DNA of 64,000 nt from Auanema rhodensis (Eukaryota > Animalia > Nematoda), in NCBI GenBank assembly GCA_964057225.1, contig OZ059899.1, positions 9,114,001 to 9,178,000 on the forward strand. The letters run 5' to 3'. A program made the translations under genes and the position numbers. The notes under the pieces are model-generated. The model saw nothing but the letters and a program-made list of their open reading frames with translations. It was not told the origin of the DNA and made no database searches. How positions within the stretch are numbered: position 1 is the first letter of the stretch; each line of letters opens with the position of its first letter. Below are positions 21,578 to 35,214 of this stretch, in pieces.

Positions 21578-22114
21578 TAAATTTTTTTCATTTCACTTGT
21601 CATTTACAAAAATCGAATTTATCTTCTTCAACGATTATTTTTGCAATGTGTCATAAGAATTTCACAGTTGAACAAAACGTTTTTTAAGAAGTTTTTTTGT
21701 TGTCAACATATATATTTTCCTGGAATTCGAAAGCATTTGGGATGGAATTTAAAAAGAAAAGAACTAGTTTTTCCTACTTTAAAACAAACAATACGAAATA
21801 AAATGAAAAAGATTGTTAGATATCCAATTTAAACATATACATTAACTTCGATAAAGAGCCTATTAGATTGAAATTTTATGTCTTACAGTTCTCCAACAGA
21901 ACAGACTGATCCTGATTTTTCCACGATTACATAAAACTCTGGTTTGATATAAAAAAAAGGAGAGGAATAACGTTTCCAGGATGTCAAGGATATCGAATCT
22001 AGTGATATTGTAGAAAAATTTAATGTCAGCTCCATAGGTTTTCTCCTAATTTCTCTCATCACAATTGTCTTAGTTTTTTTTCTCATAAGAGTTTCTGAAA
22101 TCTTAGTTGAACAA

Positions 22115-22187
22115 GGCCGCGTGGCGCAATGGATAACGCGTCTGCCTACGGAGCAGAAGATTGTAGGTTCGAATCCAGCCGTGGTCG
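22115..22187 (+). tRNA. tRNA-Arg(ACG), A63 variant
   Basis: Array copy. Confidence 0.92.
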
Positions 22188-22723
22188 TAAATTTTTTTCA
22201 TTTCACTTGTCATTCATAAAAATCGAATTTATTTTTTTCAATGATTTTTTTTTGCAATGTGTCATAAGAATTACACAGTTGAACAAAACGTTTTTTAAGA
22301 ATTTTCTTTCTTGTCAACATATATATTTTCCTGGAATTCGAAAGCATTTGGGATGGAAATTAGAAAGAAAAGAACTAGTTTTTCCTACTTTAAAACAAAC
22401 AATAAGAAATAAAATGAAAAAGATTGTTAGATATCCAATTTAAACTTATACATTAACTTCGATAAAGAGCCTATTAGATTGAAATTTTATGTCTTACAGT
22501 TCTCCAACAGAACAGACTGATCCTGATTTCTCTATGATTACATAAAACTCCCGTTTGATATAAAAAAAGGAGAGGAATAACGTTTCCAGGATGTCAAGGA
22601 TATCGAATCTAGTGATATTGTAGAGAAATGTAATGTCAGCTTCATAGCTTTTCTCTTGATTTCTCTCATCACAATTGTCTTAGTTTTTTTCTCATAAGAG
22701 TTTCTGAAATCTCAGTTAAACAA

Positions 22724-22796
22724 GGCCGCGTGGCGCAATGGATAACGCGTCTGCCTACGGAGCAGAAGATTGTAGGTTCGAATCCAGCCGTGGTCG
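22724..22796 (+). tRNA. tRNA-Arg(ACG), A63 variant
   Basis: Array copy. Confidence 0.92.
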
Positions 22797-23741
22797 TAAA
22801 TTTTTTTCATTTCACTTGTCATTTACAAAAATCGAATTTATCTTCTTCAACGATTATTTTTGCAATGTGTCATAAGAATTTCACAGTTGAACAAAACGTT
22901 TTTTAAGAAGTTTTTTTGTTGTCAACATATATATTGTGCTGGAATTCGAAAGCATTTGGGATGGAAATTAGAAAGAAAAGAACTAGTTTTTCCTACTTTA
23001 AAACAAACAATACGAAATAAAATGAAAAAGATTGTTAGATATCCAATTTAAACATATACATTAACTTCGATAAAGAGCCTATTAGATTGAAATTTTATGT
23101 CTTACAGTACTCCAACAGAACAGACTGATCTTGATTTCTCTACAATTACATAAAACTCCCGTTTGATATAAAAAAAGGAGAGGAATAACGTTTCCAAGAT
23201 GTCGAGGATATCGAATCTAGTGATATTGTAAAAAAATGTAATGTCAGCTCCATAGGTTTTCTCCTAATTTCTCTCATCACAATTGTCTTAGTTTTTTTTC
23301 TCATAAGAGTTTCTGAAATCTTAGGTGAACAAGGCCGTATATAATTTCCTGGAATTCGAAAGCATTTGGGATGGAAATTAGAAAGAAAAGAACTAGTTTT
23401 TCCTACTTTAAAACAAACAATAAGAAATAAAATGAAAAAGATTGTTAGATATCCAATTTAAACTTATACATTTACTTCGATAAAGAGCCTATTAGATTGA
23501 AATTTTATGTCTTACAGTTCTCCAACAGAACAGACTGATCCTGATTTCTCTATGATTACATAAAACTCCCGTTTGATATAAAAAAAGGAGAGGAATAACG
23601 TTTCCAGGATGTCAAGGATATCGAATCTAGTGATATTGTAGAGAAATGTAATGTCAGCTTCATAGCTTTTCTCTTGATTTCTCTCATCACAATTGTCTTA
23701 GTTTTTTTCTCATAAGAGTTTCTGAAATCTCAGTTAAACAA

Positions 23742-23814
23742 GGCCGCGTGGCGCAATGGATAACGCGTCTGCCTACGGAGCAGAAGATTGTAGGTTCGAA
23801 TCCAGCCGTGGTCG
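23742..23814 (+). tRNA. tRNA-Arg(ACG), A63 variant
   Basis: Array copy. Confidence 0.92.
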
Positions 23815-24350
23815 TAAATTTTTTTCATTTCACTTGTCATTTACAAAAATCGAATTTATCTTCTTCAACGATTATTTTTGCAATGTGTCATAAGAATTTC
23901 ACAGTTGAACAAAACGTTTTTTAAGAAGTTTTTTTGTTGTCAACATATATATTTTGCTGGAATTCGAAAGCATTTGGGATGGAAATTAGAAAGAAAAGAA
24001 CTAGTTTTTCCTACTTTAAAACAAACAATACGAAATAAAATGAAAAAGATTGTTAGATATCCAATTTAAACATATACATTAACTTCGATAAAGAGCCTAT
24101 TAGATTGAAATTTTATGTCTTACAGTACTCCAACAGAACAGACTGATCTTGATTTCTCTACAATTACATAAAACTCCCGTTTGATATAAAAAAAGGAGAG
24201 GAATAACGTTTCCAAGATGTCGAGGATATCGAATCTAGTGATATTGTAAAAAAATGTAATGTCAGCTCCATAGGTTTTCTCCTAATTTCTCTCATCACAA
24301 TTGTCTTAGTTTTTTTCCTCATAAGAGTTTCTGAAATCTTAGTTGAACAA

Positions 24351-24423
24351 GGCCGCGTGGCGCAATGGATAACGCGTCTGCCTACGGAGCAGAAGATTGT
24401 AGGTTCGAATCCTGCCGTGGTCG
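24351..24423 (+). tRNA. tRNA-Arg(ACG), T63
   Basis: Array copy. Confidence 0.96.
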
Positions 24424-24958
24424 TAAATTTTTTTCATTTCACTTGTCATTCATAAAAATCGAATTTAACTTTTTTAATGAATATTTTCGCAATGTGTCAT
24501 AAGAATTACACAGTTGAACAAAACGTTTTTTAAGAATTTTCTTTGTTGTCAATATATATTTTTTCCTGGAATTCGAAAGCATTTGGGATGGAATTTAGAA
24601 AGAAAAGAACTAGTTTTTCCTACTTTAAAACAAACAATAAGAAATAAAATGAAAAAGATTGTTAGATATCCAATTTAAACATATACATTTACTTCGATAA
24701 AGAGCCTATTAGATTGAAATTTTATGTCTTACAGTTCTCCAACAGAACAGACTGATCCTGATTTCTCTATGATTACATAAAACTCCCGTTTGATATAAAA
24801 AAAGGAGAGGAATAACGTTTCCAGGATGTCAAGGATATCGAATCTAGTGATATTGTAGAGAAATGTAATGTCAGCTTCATAGCTTTTCTCTTGATTTCTC
24901 TCATCACAATTGTCTTAGTTTTTTTCTCATAAGAGTTTCTGAAATCTCAGTTAAACAA

Positions 24959-25031
24959 GGACGCGTGGCGCAATGGATAACGCGTCTGCCTACGGAGCAG
25001 AAGATTGTAGGTTCGAATCCAGCCGTGGTCG
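24959..25031 (+). tRNA. tRNA-Arg(ACG), A63 plus C3A
   Basis: Duplicate of the 4516 copy. Confidence 0.8.
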
Positions 25032-25568
25032 TAAATTTTTTTCATTTCACTTGTCATTTACAAAAATCGAATTTATCTTCTTCAACGATTATTTTTGCAA
25101 TGTGTCATAAGAATTTCACAGTTGAACAAAACGTTTTTTAAGAAGTTTTTTTGTTGTCAACATATATATTTTGCTGGAATTCGAAAGCATTTGGGATGGA
25201 AATTAGAAAGAAAAGAACTAGTTTTTCCTACTTTAAAACAAACAATACGAAATAAAATGAAAAAGATTGTTAGATATCCAATTTAAACATATACATTAAC
25301 TTCGATAAAGAGCCTATTAGATTGAAATTTTAAGTCTTACAGTTCTCCAACAGAACAGACTGATCCTGATTTTTCTACGATTACATAAAATTCTCGTTTG
25401 ATATAAAAAAAGGAGAGGAATAACGTTTCCAAGATGTCGAGGATATCGAATCTAGTGATATTGTAAAAAAATGTAATGTCAGCTCCATAGGTTTTCTCCT
25501 AATTTCTCTCATCACAATTGTCTTAGTTTTTTTTTCTCATAAGAGTTTCTGAAATCTTAGTTGAACAA

Positions 25569-25641
25569 GGCCGCGTGGCGCAATGGATAACGCGTCCGCC
25601 TACGGAGCAGAAGATTGTAGGTTCGAATCCTGCCGTGGTCG
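25569..25641 (+). tRNA. tRNA-Arg(ACG), T63 plus T29C
   Basis: Duplicate of the 5126 copy. Confidence 0.82.
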
Positions 25642-26586
25642 TAAATTTTTTTCATTTCACTTGTCATTCATAAAAATCGAATTTAACTTTTTTAATGAAT
25701 ATTTTCGCAATGTGTCATAAGAATTACACAGTTGAACAAAACGTTTTTTAAGAATTTTCTTTGTTGTCAACATATATATTTTCCTGGAATTCGAAAGCAT
25801 TTGGGATGGAATTTAGAAAGAAAAGAACTAGTTTTTCCTACTTTAAAACAAACAATAAGAAATAAAATGAAAAAGATTGTTAGATATCCAATTTAAACAT
25901 ATACATTAACTTCGGTAAAGAGCGTATTAGATTGAAATTTTATGTCTTACAGTACTCCAACAGAACAGACTGATCTTGATTTCTCTACAATTACATAAAA
26001 CTCCCGTTTGATATAAAAAAAGGAGAGGAATAACGTTTCCAGGATGTCAAGGATATCGAATCTAGTGATATTGTAGAGAAATGTAATGTCAGCTCCATAG
26101 GTTTTCTCCTAATTTCTCTCATCACAATTGTCTTAGTTTTTTTTCTCATAAGAGTTTCTGAAATCTTAGGTGAACAAGGCCGTATATAATTTCCTGGAAT
26201 TCGAAAGCATTTGGGATGGAATTAAGAAAGAAAAGAACTAGTTTTTCGTACTTTAAAACAAACAATAAGAAATAAAATGAAAAAGATTGTTAGATATCCA
26301 ATTTAAACATATACATTTACTTCGATAAAGAGCCTATTAGATTGAAATTTTATGTCTTACAGTTCTCCAACAGAACAGACTGATCCTGATTTCTCTATGA
26401 TTACATAAAACTCCCGTTTGATATAAAAAAAGGAGAGGAATAACGTTTCCAGGATGTCAAGGATATCGAATCTAGTGATATTGTAGAGAAATGTAATGTC
26501 AGCTTCATAGCTTTTCTCTTGATTTCTCTCATCACAATTGTCTTAGTTTTTTTCTCATAAGAGTTTCTGAAATCTCAGTTAAACAA

Positions 26587-26659
26587 GGCCGCGTGGCGCA
26601 ATGGATAACGCGTCTGCCTACGGAGCAGAAGATTGTAGGTTCGAATCCAGCCGTGGTCG
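26587..26659 (+). tRNA. tRNA-Arg(ACG), A63 variant
   Basis: Array copy. Confidence 0.92.
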
Positions 26660-27606
26660 TAATTTTTTTTCATTTCACTTGTCATTTACAAAAATCGAAT
26701 TTATCTTCTTCAACGATTATTTTTGCAATGTGTCATAAGAATTTCACAGTTGAACAAAACGTTTTTTAAGAAGTTTTTTTGTTGTCAACATATATATTTT
26801 GCTGGAATTCGAAAGCATTTGGGATGGAAATTAGAAAGAAAAGAACTAGTTTTTCCTACTTTAAAACAAACAATACGAAATAAAATGAAAAAGATTGTTA
26901 GATATCCAATTTAAACATATACATTAACTTCGATAAAGAGCCTATTAGATTGAAATTTTAAGTCTTACAGTTCTCCAACACAACAGACTGATCCTGATTT
27001 TTCTACGATTACATAAAACTCTCGTTTGATATAAAAAAAGGAGAGGAATAACGTTGCCAGGATGTCAAGGATATCGAATCTAGTGATATTATAGAAAAAT
27101 GTAATGTCAGCTCCATAGGTTTTCTCCTAATTTCTCTCATCACAATTGTCTTAGTTTTTTTTCTCATAAGAGTTTCTGAAATCTTAGGTGAACAAGGCCG
27201 TATATAATTTCCTGGAATTCGAAAGCATTTGGGATGGAATTTAGAAAGAAAAGAACTAGTTTTTCCTACTTTAAAACAAACAATAAGAAATAAAATGAAA
27301 AAGATTGCTAGATATCCAATTTAAACTTATACATTTACTTCGATAAAGAGCCTATTAGTTTGAAATTTTATGTCTTACAGTTCTCCAACAGAACAGACTG
27401 ATCCTGATTTTTCTACGATTACATAAAATTCTCGTTTGATATAAAAAAAGGAGAGGAATAACGTTTCCAAGATGTCGAGGATATCGAATCTAGTGATATT
27501 GTAAAAAAATGTAATGTCAGCTCCATAGGTTTTCTCCTAATTTCTCTCATCACAATTGTCTTAGTTTTTTTTTCTCATAAGAGTTTCTGAAATCTTAGTT
27601 GAACAA

Positions 27607-27679
27607 GGCCGCGTGGCGCAATGGATAACGCGTCTGCCTACGGAGCAGAAGATTGTAGGTTCGAATCCTGCCGTGGTCG
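27607..27679 (+). tRNA. tRNA-Arg(ACG), T63
   Basis: Array copy. Confidence 0.96.
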
Positions 27680-28214
27680 TAAATTTTTTTCATTTCACTT
27701 GTCATTCATAAAAATCGAATTTAACTTTTTTAATGAATATTTTCGCAATGTGTCATAAGAATTACACAGTTGAACAAAACGTTTTTTAAGAATTTTCTTT
27801 GTTGTCAACATATATATTTTCCTGGAATTCGAAAGCATTTGGGATGGAATTTAGAAAGAAAAGAACTAGTTTTTCCTACTTTAAAACAAACAATAAGAAA
27901 TAAAATGAAAAAGATTGTTAGATATCCAATTTAAACATATACATTAACTTCGGTAAAGAGCGTATTAGATTGAAATTTTATGTCTTACAGTACTCCAACA
28001 GAACAGACTGATCTTGATTTCTCTACAATTACATAAAACTCCCGTTTGATATAAAAAAAGGAGAGGAATAACGTTTCCAGGATGTCAAGGATATCGAATC
28101 TAGTGATATTGTAGAGAAATGTAATGTCAGCTTCATAGCTTTTCTCTTGATTTCTCTCATCACAATTGTCTTAGTTTTTTTCTCATAAGAGTTTCTGAAA
28201 TCTCAGTTAAACAA

Positions 28215-28287
28215 GGCCGCGTGGCGCAATGGATAACGCGTCTGCCTACGGAGCAGAAGATTGTAGGTTCGAATCCAGCCGTGGTCG
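28215..28287 (+). tRNA. tRNA-Arg(ACG), A63 variant
   Basis: Array copy. Confidence 0.92.
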
Positions 28288-28824
28288 TAAATTTTTTTCA
28301 TTTCACTTGTCATTTACAAAAATCGAATTTATCTTCTTCAACGATTATTTTTGCAATGTGTCATAAGAATTTCACAGTTGAACAAAACTTTTTTTAAGAA
28401 GTTTTTTTGTTGTCAACATATATATTTTGCTGGAATTCGAAAGCATTTGGGATGGAAATTAGAAAGAAAAGAACTAGTTTTTCCTACTTTAAAACAAACA
28501 ATACGAAATAAAATGAAAAAGATTGTTAGATATCCAATTTAAACATATACATTAACTTCGATAAAGAGCCTATTAGATTGAAATTTTAAGTCTTACAGTT
28601 CTCCAACAGAACAGACTGATCCTGATTTTTCTACGATTACATAAAATTCTCGTTTGATATAAAAAAAGGAGAGGAATAACGTTTCCAAGATGTCGAGGAT
28701 ATCGAATCTAGTGATATTGTAAAAAAATGTAATGTCAGCTCCATAGGTTTTCTCCTAATTTCTCTCATCACAATTGTCTTAGTTTTTTTTTCTCATAAGA
28801 GTTTCTGAAATCTTAGTTGAACAA

Positions 28825-28897
28825 GGCCGCGTGGCGCAATGGATAACGCGTCTGCCTACGGAGCAGAAGATTGTAGGTTCGAATCCTGCCGTGGTCG
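28825..28897 (+). tRNA. tRNA-Arg(ACG), T63
   Basis: Array copy. Confidence 0.96.
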
Positions 28898-30254
28898 TAA
28901 ATTTTTTTCATTTCACTTGTCATTCATAAAAATCGAATTTAACTTTTTTAATGAATATTTTCGCAATGTGTCATAAGAATTACACAGTTGAACAAAACGT
29001 TTTTTAAGAATTTTCTTTGTTGTCAACATATATATTTTCCTGGAATTCGAAAGCATTTGGGATGGAATTTAGAAAGAAAAGAACTAGTTTTTCCTACTTT
29101 AAAACAAACAATAAGAAATAAAATGAAAAAGATTGTTAGATATCCAATTTAAACATATACATTAACTTCGGTAAAGAGCGTATTAGATTGAAATTTTATG
29201 TCTTACAGTACTCCAACAGAACAGACTGATCTTGATTTCTCTACAATTACATAAAACTCCCGTTTGATATAAAAAAAGGAGAGGAATAACGTTTCCAGGA
29301 TGTCAAGGATATCGAATCTAGTGATATTGTAGAGAAATGTAATGTCAGCTCCATAGGTTTTCTCCTAATTTCTCTCATCACAATTGTCTTAGTTTTTTTT
29401 CTCATAAGAGTTTCTGAAATCTTAGGTGAACAAGGCCGTATATAATTTCCTGGAATTCGAAAGCATTTGGGATGGAATTTAGAAAGAAAAGAACTAGTTT
29501 TTCCTACTTTAAAACAAACAATAAGAAATAAAATGAAAAAGATTGCTAGATATCCAATTTAAACTTATACATTTACTTCGATAAAGAGCCTATTAGTTTG
29601 AAATTTTATGTCTTACAGTTCTCCAACAGAACAGACTGATCCTGATTTTTCTACGATTACATAAAATTCTCGTTTGATATAAAAAAAGGAGAGGAATAAC
29701 GTTTCCAAGATGTCGAGGATATCGAATCTAGTGATATTGTAGAGAAATGTAATGTCAGCTCCATAGGTTTTCTCCTAATTTCTCTCATCACAATTGTCTT
29801 AGTTTTTTTTCTCATAAGAGTTTCTGAAATCTTAGGTGAACAAGGCCGTATATAATTTCCTGGAATTCGAAAGCATTTGGGATGGAATTTAGAAAGAAAA
29901 GAACTAGTTTTTCCTACTTTAAAACAAACAATAAGAAATAAAATGAAAAAGATTGCTAGATATCCAATTTAAACTTATACATTTACTTCGATAAAGAGCC
30001 TATTAGTTTGAAATTTTATGTCTTACAGTTCTCCAACAGAACAGACTGATCCTGATTTTTCTACGATTACATAAAATTCTCGTTTGATATAAAAAAAGGA
30101 GAGGAATAACGTTTCCAAGATGTCGAGGATATCGAATCTAGTGATATTGTAAAAAAATGTAATGTCAGCTCCATAGGTTTTCTCCTAATTTCTCTCATCA
30201 CAATTGTCTTAGTTTTTTTTTCTCATAAGAGTTTCTGAAATCTTAGTTGAACAA

Positions 30255-30327
30255 GGCCGCGTGGCGCAATGGATAACGCGTCTGCCTACGGAGCAGAAGA
30301 TTGTAGGTTCGAATCCTGCCGTGGTCG
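30255..30327 (+). tRNA. tRNA-Arg(ACG), T63
   Basis: Array copy. Confidence 0.96.
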
Positions 30328-31274
30328 TAAATTTTTTTCATTTCACTTGTCATTCATAAAAATCGAATTTAACTTTTTTAATGAATATTTTCGCAATGTG
30401 TCATAAGAATTACACAGTTGAACAAAACGTTTTTTAAGAATTTTCTTTGTTGTCAACATATATATTTTCCTGGAATTCGAAAGCATTTGGGATGGAATTT
30501 AGAAAGAAAAGAACTAGTTTTTCCTACTTTAAAACAAACAATAAGAAATAAAATGAAAAAGATTGTTAGATATCCAATTTAAACATATACATTAACTTCG
30601 GTAAAGAGCGTATTAGATTGAAATTTTATGTCTTACAGTACTCCAACAGAACAGACTGATCTTGATTTCTCTACAATTACATAAAACTCCCGTTTGATAT
30701 AAAAAAAGGAGAGGAATAACGTTTCCAGGATGTCAAGGATATCGAATCTAGTGATATTGTAGAGAAATGTAATGTCAGCTCCATAGGTTTTCTCCTAATT
30801 TCTCTCATCACAATTGTCTTAGTTTTTTTTCTCATAAGAGTTTCTGAAATCTTAGGTGAACAAGGCCGTATATAATTTCCTGGAATTCGAAAGCATTTGG
30901 GATGGAATTTAGAAAGAAAAGAACTAGTTTTTCCTACTTTAAAACAAACAATAAGAAATAAAATGAAAAAGATTGCTAGATATCCAATTTAAACTTATAC
31001 ATTTACTTCGATAAAGAGCCTATTAGTTTGAAATTTTATGTCTTACAGTTCTCCAACAGAACAGACTGATCCTGATTTTTCTACGATTACATAAAATTCT
31101 CGTTTGATATAAAAAAAGGAGAGGAATAACGTTTCCAAGATGTCGAGGATATCGAATCTAGTGATATTGTAAAAAAATGTAATGTCAGCTCCATAGGTTT
31201 TCTCCTAATTTCTCTCATCACAATTGTCTTAGTTTTTTTTTCTCATAAGAGTTTCTGAAATCTTAGTTGAACAA

Positions 31275-31347
31275 GGCCGCGTGGCGCAATGGATAACGCG
31301 TCTGCCTACGGAGCAGAAGATTGTAGGTTCGAATCCTGCCGTGGTCG
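31275..31347 (+). tRNA. tRNA-Arg(ACG), T63
   Basis: Array copy. Confidence 0.96.
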
Positions 31348-32294
31348 TAAATTTTTTTCATTTCACTTGTCATTCATAAAAATCGAATTTAACTTTTTTA
31401 ATGAATATTTTCGCAATGTGTCATAAGAATTACACAGTTGAACAAAACGTTTTTTAAGAATTTTCTTTGTTGTCAACATATATATTTTCCTGGAATTCGA
31501 AAGCATTTGGGATGGAATTTAGAAAGAAAAGAACTAGTTTTTCCTACTTTAAAACAAACAATAAGAAATAAAATGAAAAAGATTGTTAGATATCCAATTT
31601 AAACATATACATTAACTTCGGTAAAGAGCGTATTAGATTGAAATTTTATGTCTTACAGTACTCCAACAGAACAGACTGATCTTGATTTCTCTACAATTAC
31701 ATAAAACTCCCGTTTGATATAAAAAAAGGAGAGGAATAACGTTTCCAGGATGTCAAGGATATCGAATCTAGTGATATTGTAGAGAAATGTAATGTCAGCT
31801 CCATAGGTTTTCTCCTAATTTCTCTCATCACAATTGTCTTAGTTTTTTTTCTCATAAGAGTTTCTGAAATCTTAGGTGAACAAGGCCGTATATAATTTCC
31901 TGGAATTCGAAAGCATTTGGGATGGAATTTAGAAAGAAAAGAACTAGTTTTTCCTACTTTAAAACAAACAATAAGAAATAAAATGAAAAAGATTGCTAGA
32001 TATCCAATTTAAACTTATACATTTACTTCGATAAAGAGCCTATTAGTTTGAAATTTTATGTCTTACAGTTCTCCAACAGAACAGACTGATCCTGATTTTT
32101 CTACGATTACATAAAATTCTCGTTTGATATAAAAAAAGGAGAGGAATAACGTTTCCAAGATGTCGAGGATATCGAATCTAGTGATATTGTAAAAAAATGT
32201 AATGTCAGCTCCATAGGTTTTCTCCTAATTTCTCTCATCACAGTTGTCTTAGTTTTTTTTTCTCATAAGAGTTTCTGAAATCTTAGTTGAACAA

Positions 32295-32367
32295 GGCCGC
32301 GTGGCGCAATGGATAACGCGTCTGCCTACGGAGCAGAAGATTGTAGGTTCGAATCCTGCCGTGGTCG
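32295..32367 (+). tRNA. tRNA-Arg(ACG), T63
   Basis: Array copy. Confidence 0.96.
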
Positions 32368-32903
32368 TAAATTTTTTTCATTTCACTTGTCATTCATAAA
32401 AATCGAATTTAACTTTTTTAATGAATATTTTCGCAATGTGTCATAAGAATTACACAGTTGAACAAAACGTTTTTTAAGAATTTTCTTTGTTGTCAACATA
32501 TATATTTTCCTGGAATTCGAAAGCATTTGGGATGGAATTTAGAAAGAAAAGAACTAGTTTTTCCTACTTTAAAACAAACAATAAGGAATAAAATGAAAAA
32601 GATTGTTAGATATCCAATTTAAACATATACATTAACTTCGATAAAGAGCGTATTAGATTGAAATTTTATGTCTTACAGTACTCCAACAGAACAGACTGAT
32701 CTTGATTTCTCTATGATTACATAAAATTCTCGTTTGATATAAAAAAAGAAGAGGAATAACGTTTCCAGGATGTCAAGGATATCGAATCTAGTGATATTGT
32801 AGAAAAATGTAATGTCAGCTCCATAGGTTTTCTCCTAATTTCTCTCATCACAATTGTCTTAGTTTTTTTTCTCATAAGAGTTTCTGAAATCTTAGGTGAA
32901 CAA

Positions 32904-32976
32904 GGCCGCGTGGCGCAATGGATAACGCGTCTGCCTACGGAGCAGAAGATTGTAGGTTCGAATCCAGCCGTGGTCG
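32904..32976 (+). tRNA. tRNA-Arg(ACG), A63 variant
   Basis: Array copy. Confidence 0.92.
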
Positions 32977-33923
32977 TAATTTTTTTTCATTTCACTTGTC
33001 ATTTACAAAAATCGAATTTATCTTCTTCAACGATTATTTTTGCAATGTGTCATAAGAATTTCACAGTTGAACAAAACGTTTTTTAAGAAGTTTTTTTGTT
33101 GTCAACATATATATTTTGCTGGAATTCGAAAGCATTTGGGATGGAAATTAGAAAGAAAAGAACTAGTTTTTCCTACTTTAAAACAAACAATACGAAATAA
33201 AATGAAAAAGATTGTTAGATATCCAATTTAAACATATACATTAACTTCGATAAAGAGCCTATTAGATTGAAATTTTAAGTCTTACAGTTCTCCAACACAA
33301 CAGACTGATCCTGATTTTTCTACGATTACATAAAACTCTCGTTTGATATAAAAAAAGGAGAGGAATAACGTTGCCAGGATGTCAAGGATATCGAATCTAG
33401 TGATATTATAGAAAAATGTAATGTCAGCTCCATAGGTTTTCTCCTAATTTCTCTCATCACAATTGTCTTAGTTTTTTTTCTCATAAGAGTTTCTGAAATC
33501 TTAGGTGAACAAGGCCGTATATAATTTCCTGGAATTCGAAAGCATTTGGGATGGAATTTAGAAAGAAAAGAACTAGTTTTTCCTACTTTAAAACAAACAA
33601 TAAGAAATAAAATGAAAAAGATTGCTAGATATCCAATTTAAACTTATACATTTACTTCGATAAAGAGCCTATTAGTTTGAAATTTTATGTCTTACAGTTC
33701 TCCAACAGAACAGACTGATCCTGATTTTTCTACGATTACATAAAATTCTCGTTTGATATAAAAAAAGGAGAGGAATAACGTTTCCAAGATGTCGAGGATA
33801 TCGAATCTAGTGATATTGTAAAAAAATGTAATGTCAGCTCCATAGGTTTTCTCCTAATTTCTCTCATCACAATTGTCTTAGTTTTTTTTTCTCATAAGAG
33901 TTTCTGAAATCTTAGTTGAACAA

Positions 33924-33996
33924 GGCCGCGTGGCGCAATGGATAACGCGTCTGCCTACGGAGCAGAAGATTGTAGGTTCGAATCCTGCCGTGGTCG
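33924..33996 (+). tRNA. tRNA-Arg(ACG), T63
   Basis: Array copy. Confidence 0.96.
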
Positions 33997-34531
33997 TAAA
34001 TTTTTTTCATTTCACTTGTCATTCATAAAAATCGAATTTAACTTTTTTAATGAATATTTTCGCAATGTGTCATAAGAATTACACAGTTGAACAAAACGTT
34101 TTTTAAGAATTTTCTTTGTTGTCAACATATATATTTTCCTGGAATTCGAAAGCATTTGGGATGGAATTTAGAAAGAAAAGAACTAGTTTTTCCTACTTTA
34201 AAACAAACAATAAGAAATAAAATGAAAAAGATTGTTAGATATCCAATTTAAACATATACATTAACTTCGGTAAAGAGCGTATTAGATTGAAATTTTATGT
34301 CTTACAGTACTCCAACAGAACAGACTGATCTTGATTTCTCTACAATTACATAAAACTCCCGTTTGATATAAAAAAAGGAGAGGAATAACGTTTCCAGGAT
34401 GTCAAGGATATCGAATCTAGTGATATTGTAGAGAAATGTAATGTCAGCTTCATAGCTTTTCTCTTGATTTCTCTCATCACAATTGTCTTAGTTTTTTTCT
34501 CATAAGAGTTTCTGAAATCTCAGTTAAACAA

Positions 34532-34604
34532 GGCCGCGTGGCGCAATGGATAACGCGTCTGCCTACGGAGCAGAAGATTGTAGGTTCGAATCCAGCCGTG
34601 GTCG
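34532..34604 (+). tRNA. tRNA-Arg(ACG), A63 variant
   Basis: Array copy. Confidence 0.92.
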
Positions 34605-35141
34605 TAAATTTTTTTCATTTCACTTGTCATTTACAAAAATCGAATTTATCTTCTTCAACGATTATTTTTGCAATGTGTCATAAGAATTTCACAGTTGAAC
34701 AAAACTTTTTTTAAGAAGTTTTTTTGTTGTCAACATATATATTTTGCTGGAATTCGAAAGCATTTGGGATGGAAATTAGAAAGAAAAGAACTAGTTTTTC
34801 CTACTTTAAAACAAACAATACGAAATAAAATGAAAAAGATTGTTAGATATCCAATTTAAACATATACATTAACTTCGATAAAGAGCCTATTAGATTGAAA
34901 TTTTAAGTCTTACAGTTCTCCAACAGAACAGACTGATCCTGATTTTTCTACGATTACATAAAATTCTCGTTTGATATAAAAAAAGGAGAGGAATAACGTT
35001 TCCAAGATGTCGAGGATATCGAATCTAGTGATATTGTAAAAAAATGTAATGTCAGCTCCATAGGTTTTCTCCTAATTTCTCTCATCACAATTGTCTTAGT
35101 TTTTTTTTCTCATAAGAGTTTCTGAAATCTTAGTTGAACAA

Positions 35142-35214
35142 GGCCGCGTGGCGCAATGGATAACGCGTCTGCCTACGGAGCAGAAGATTGTAGGTTCGAA
35201 TCCTGCCGTGGTCG
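35142..35214 (+). tRNA. tRNA-Arg(ACG), T63
   Basis: Array copy. Confidence 0.96.
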
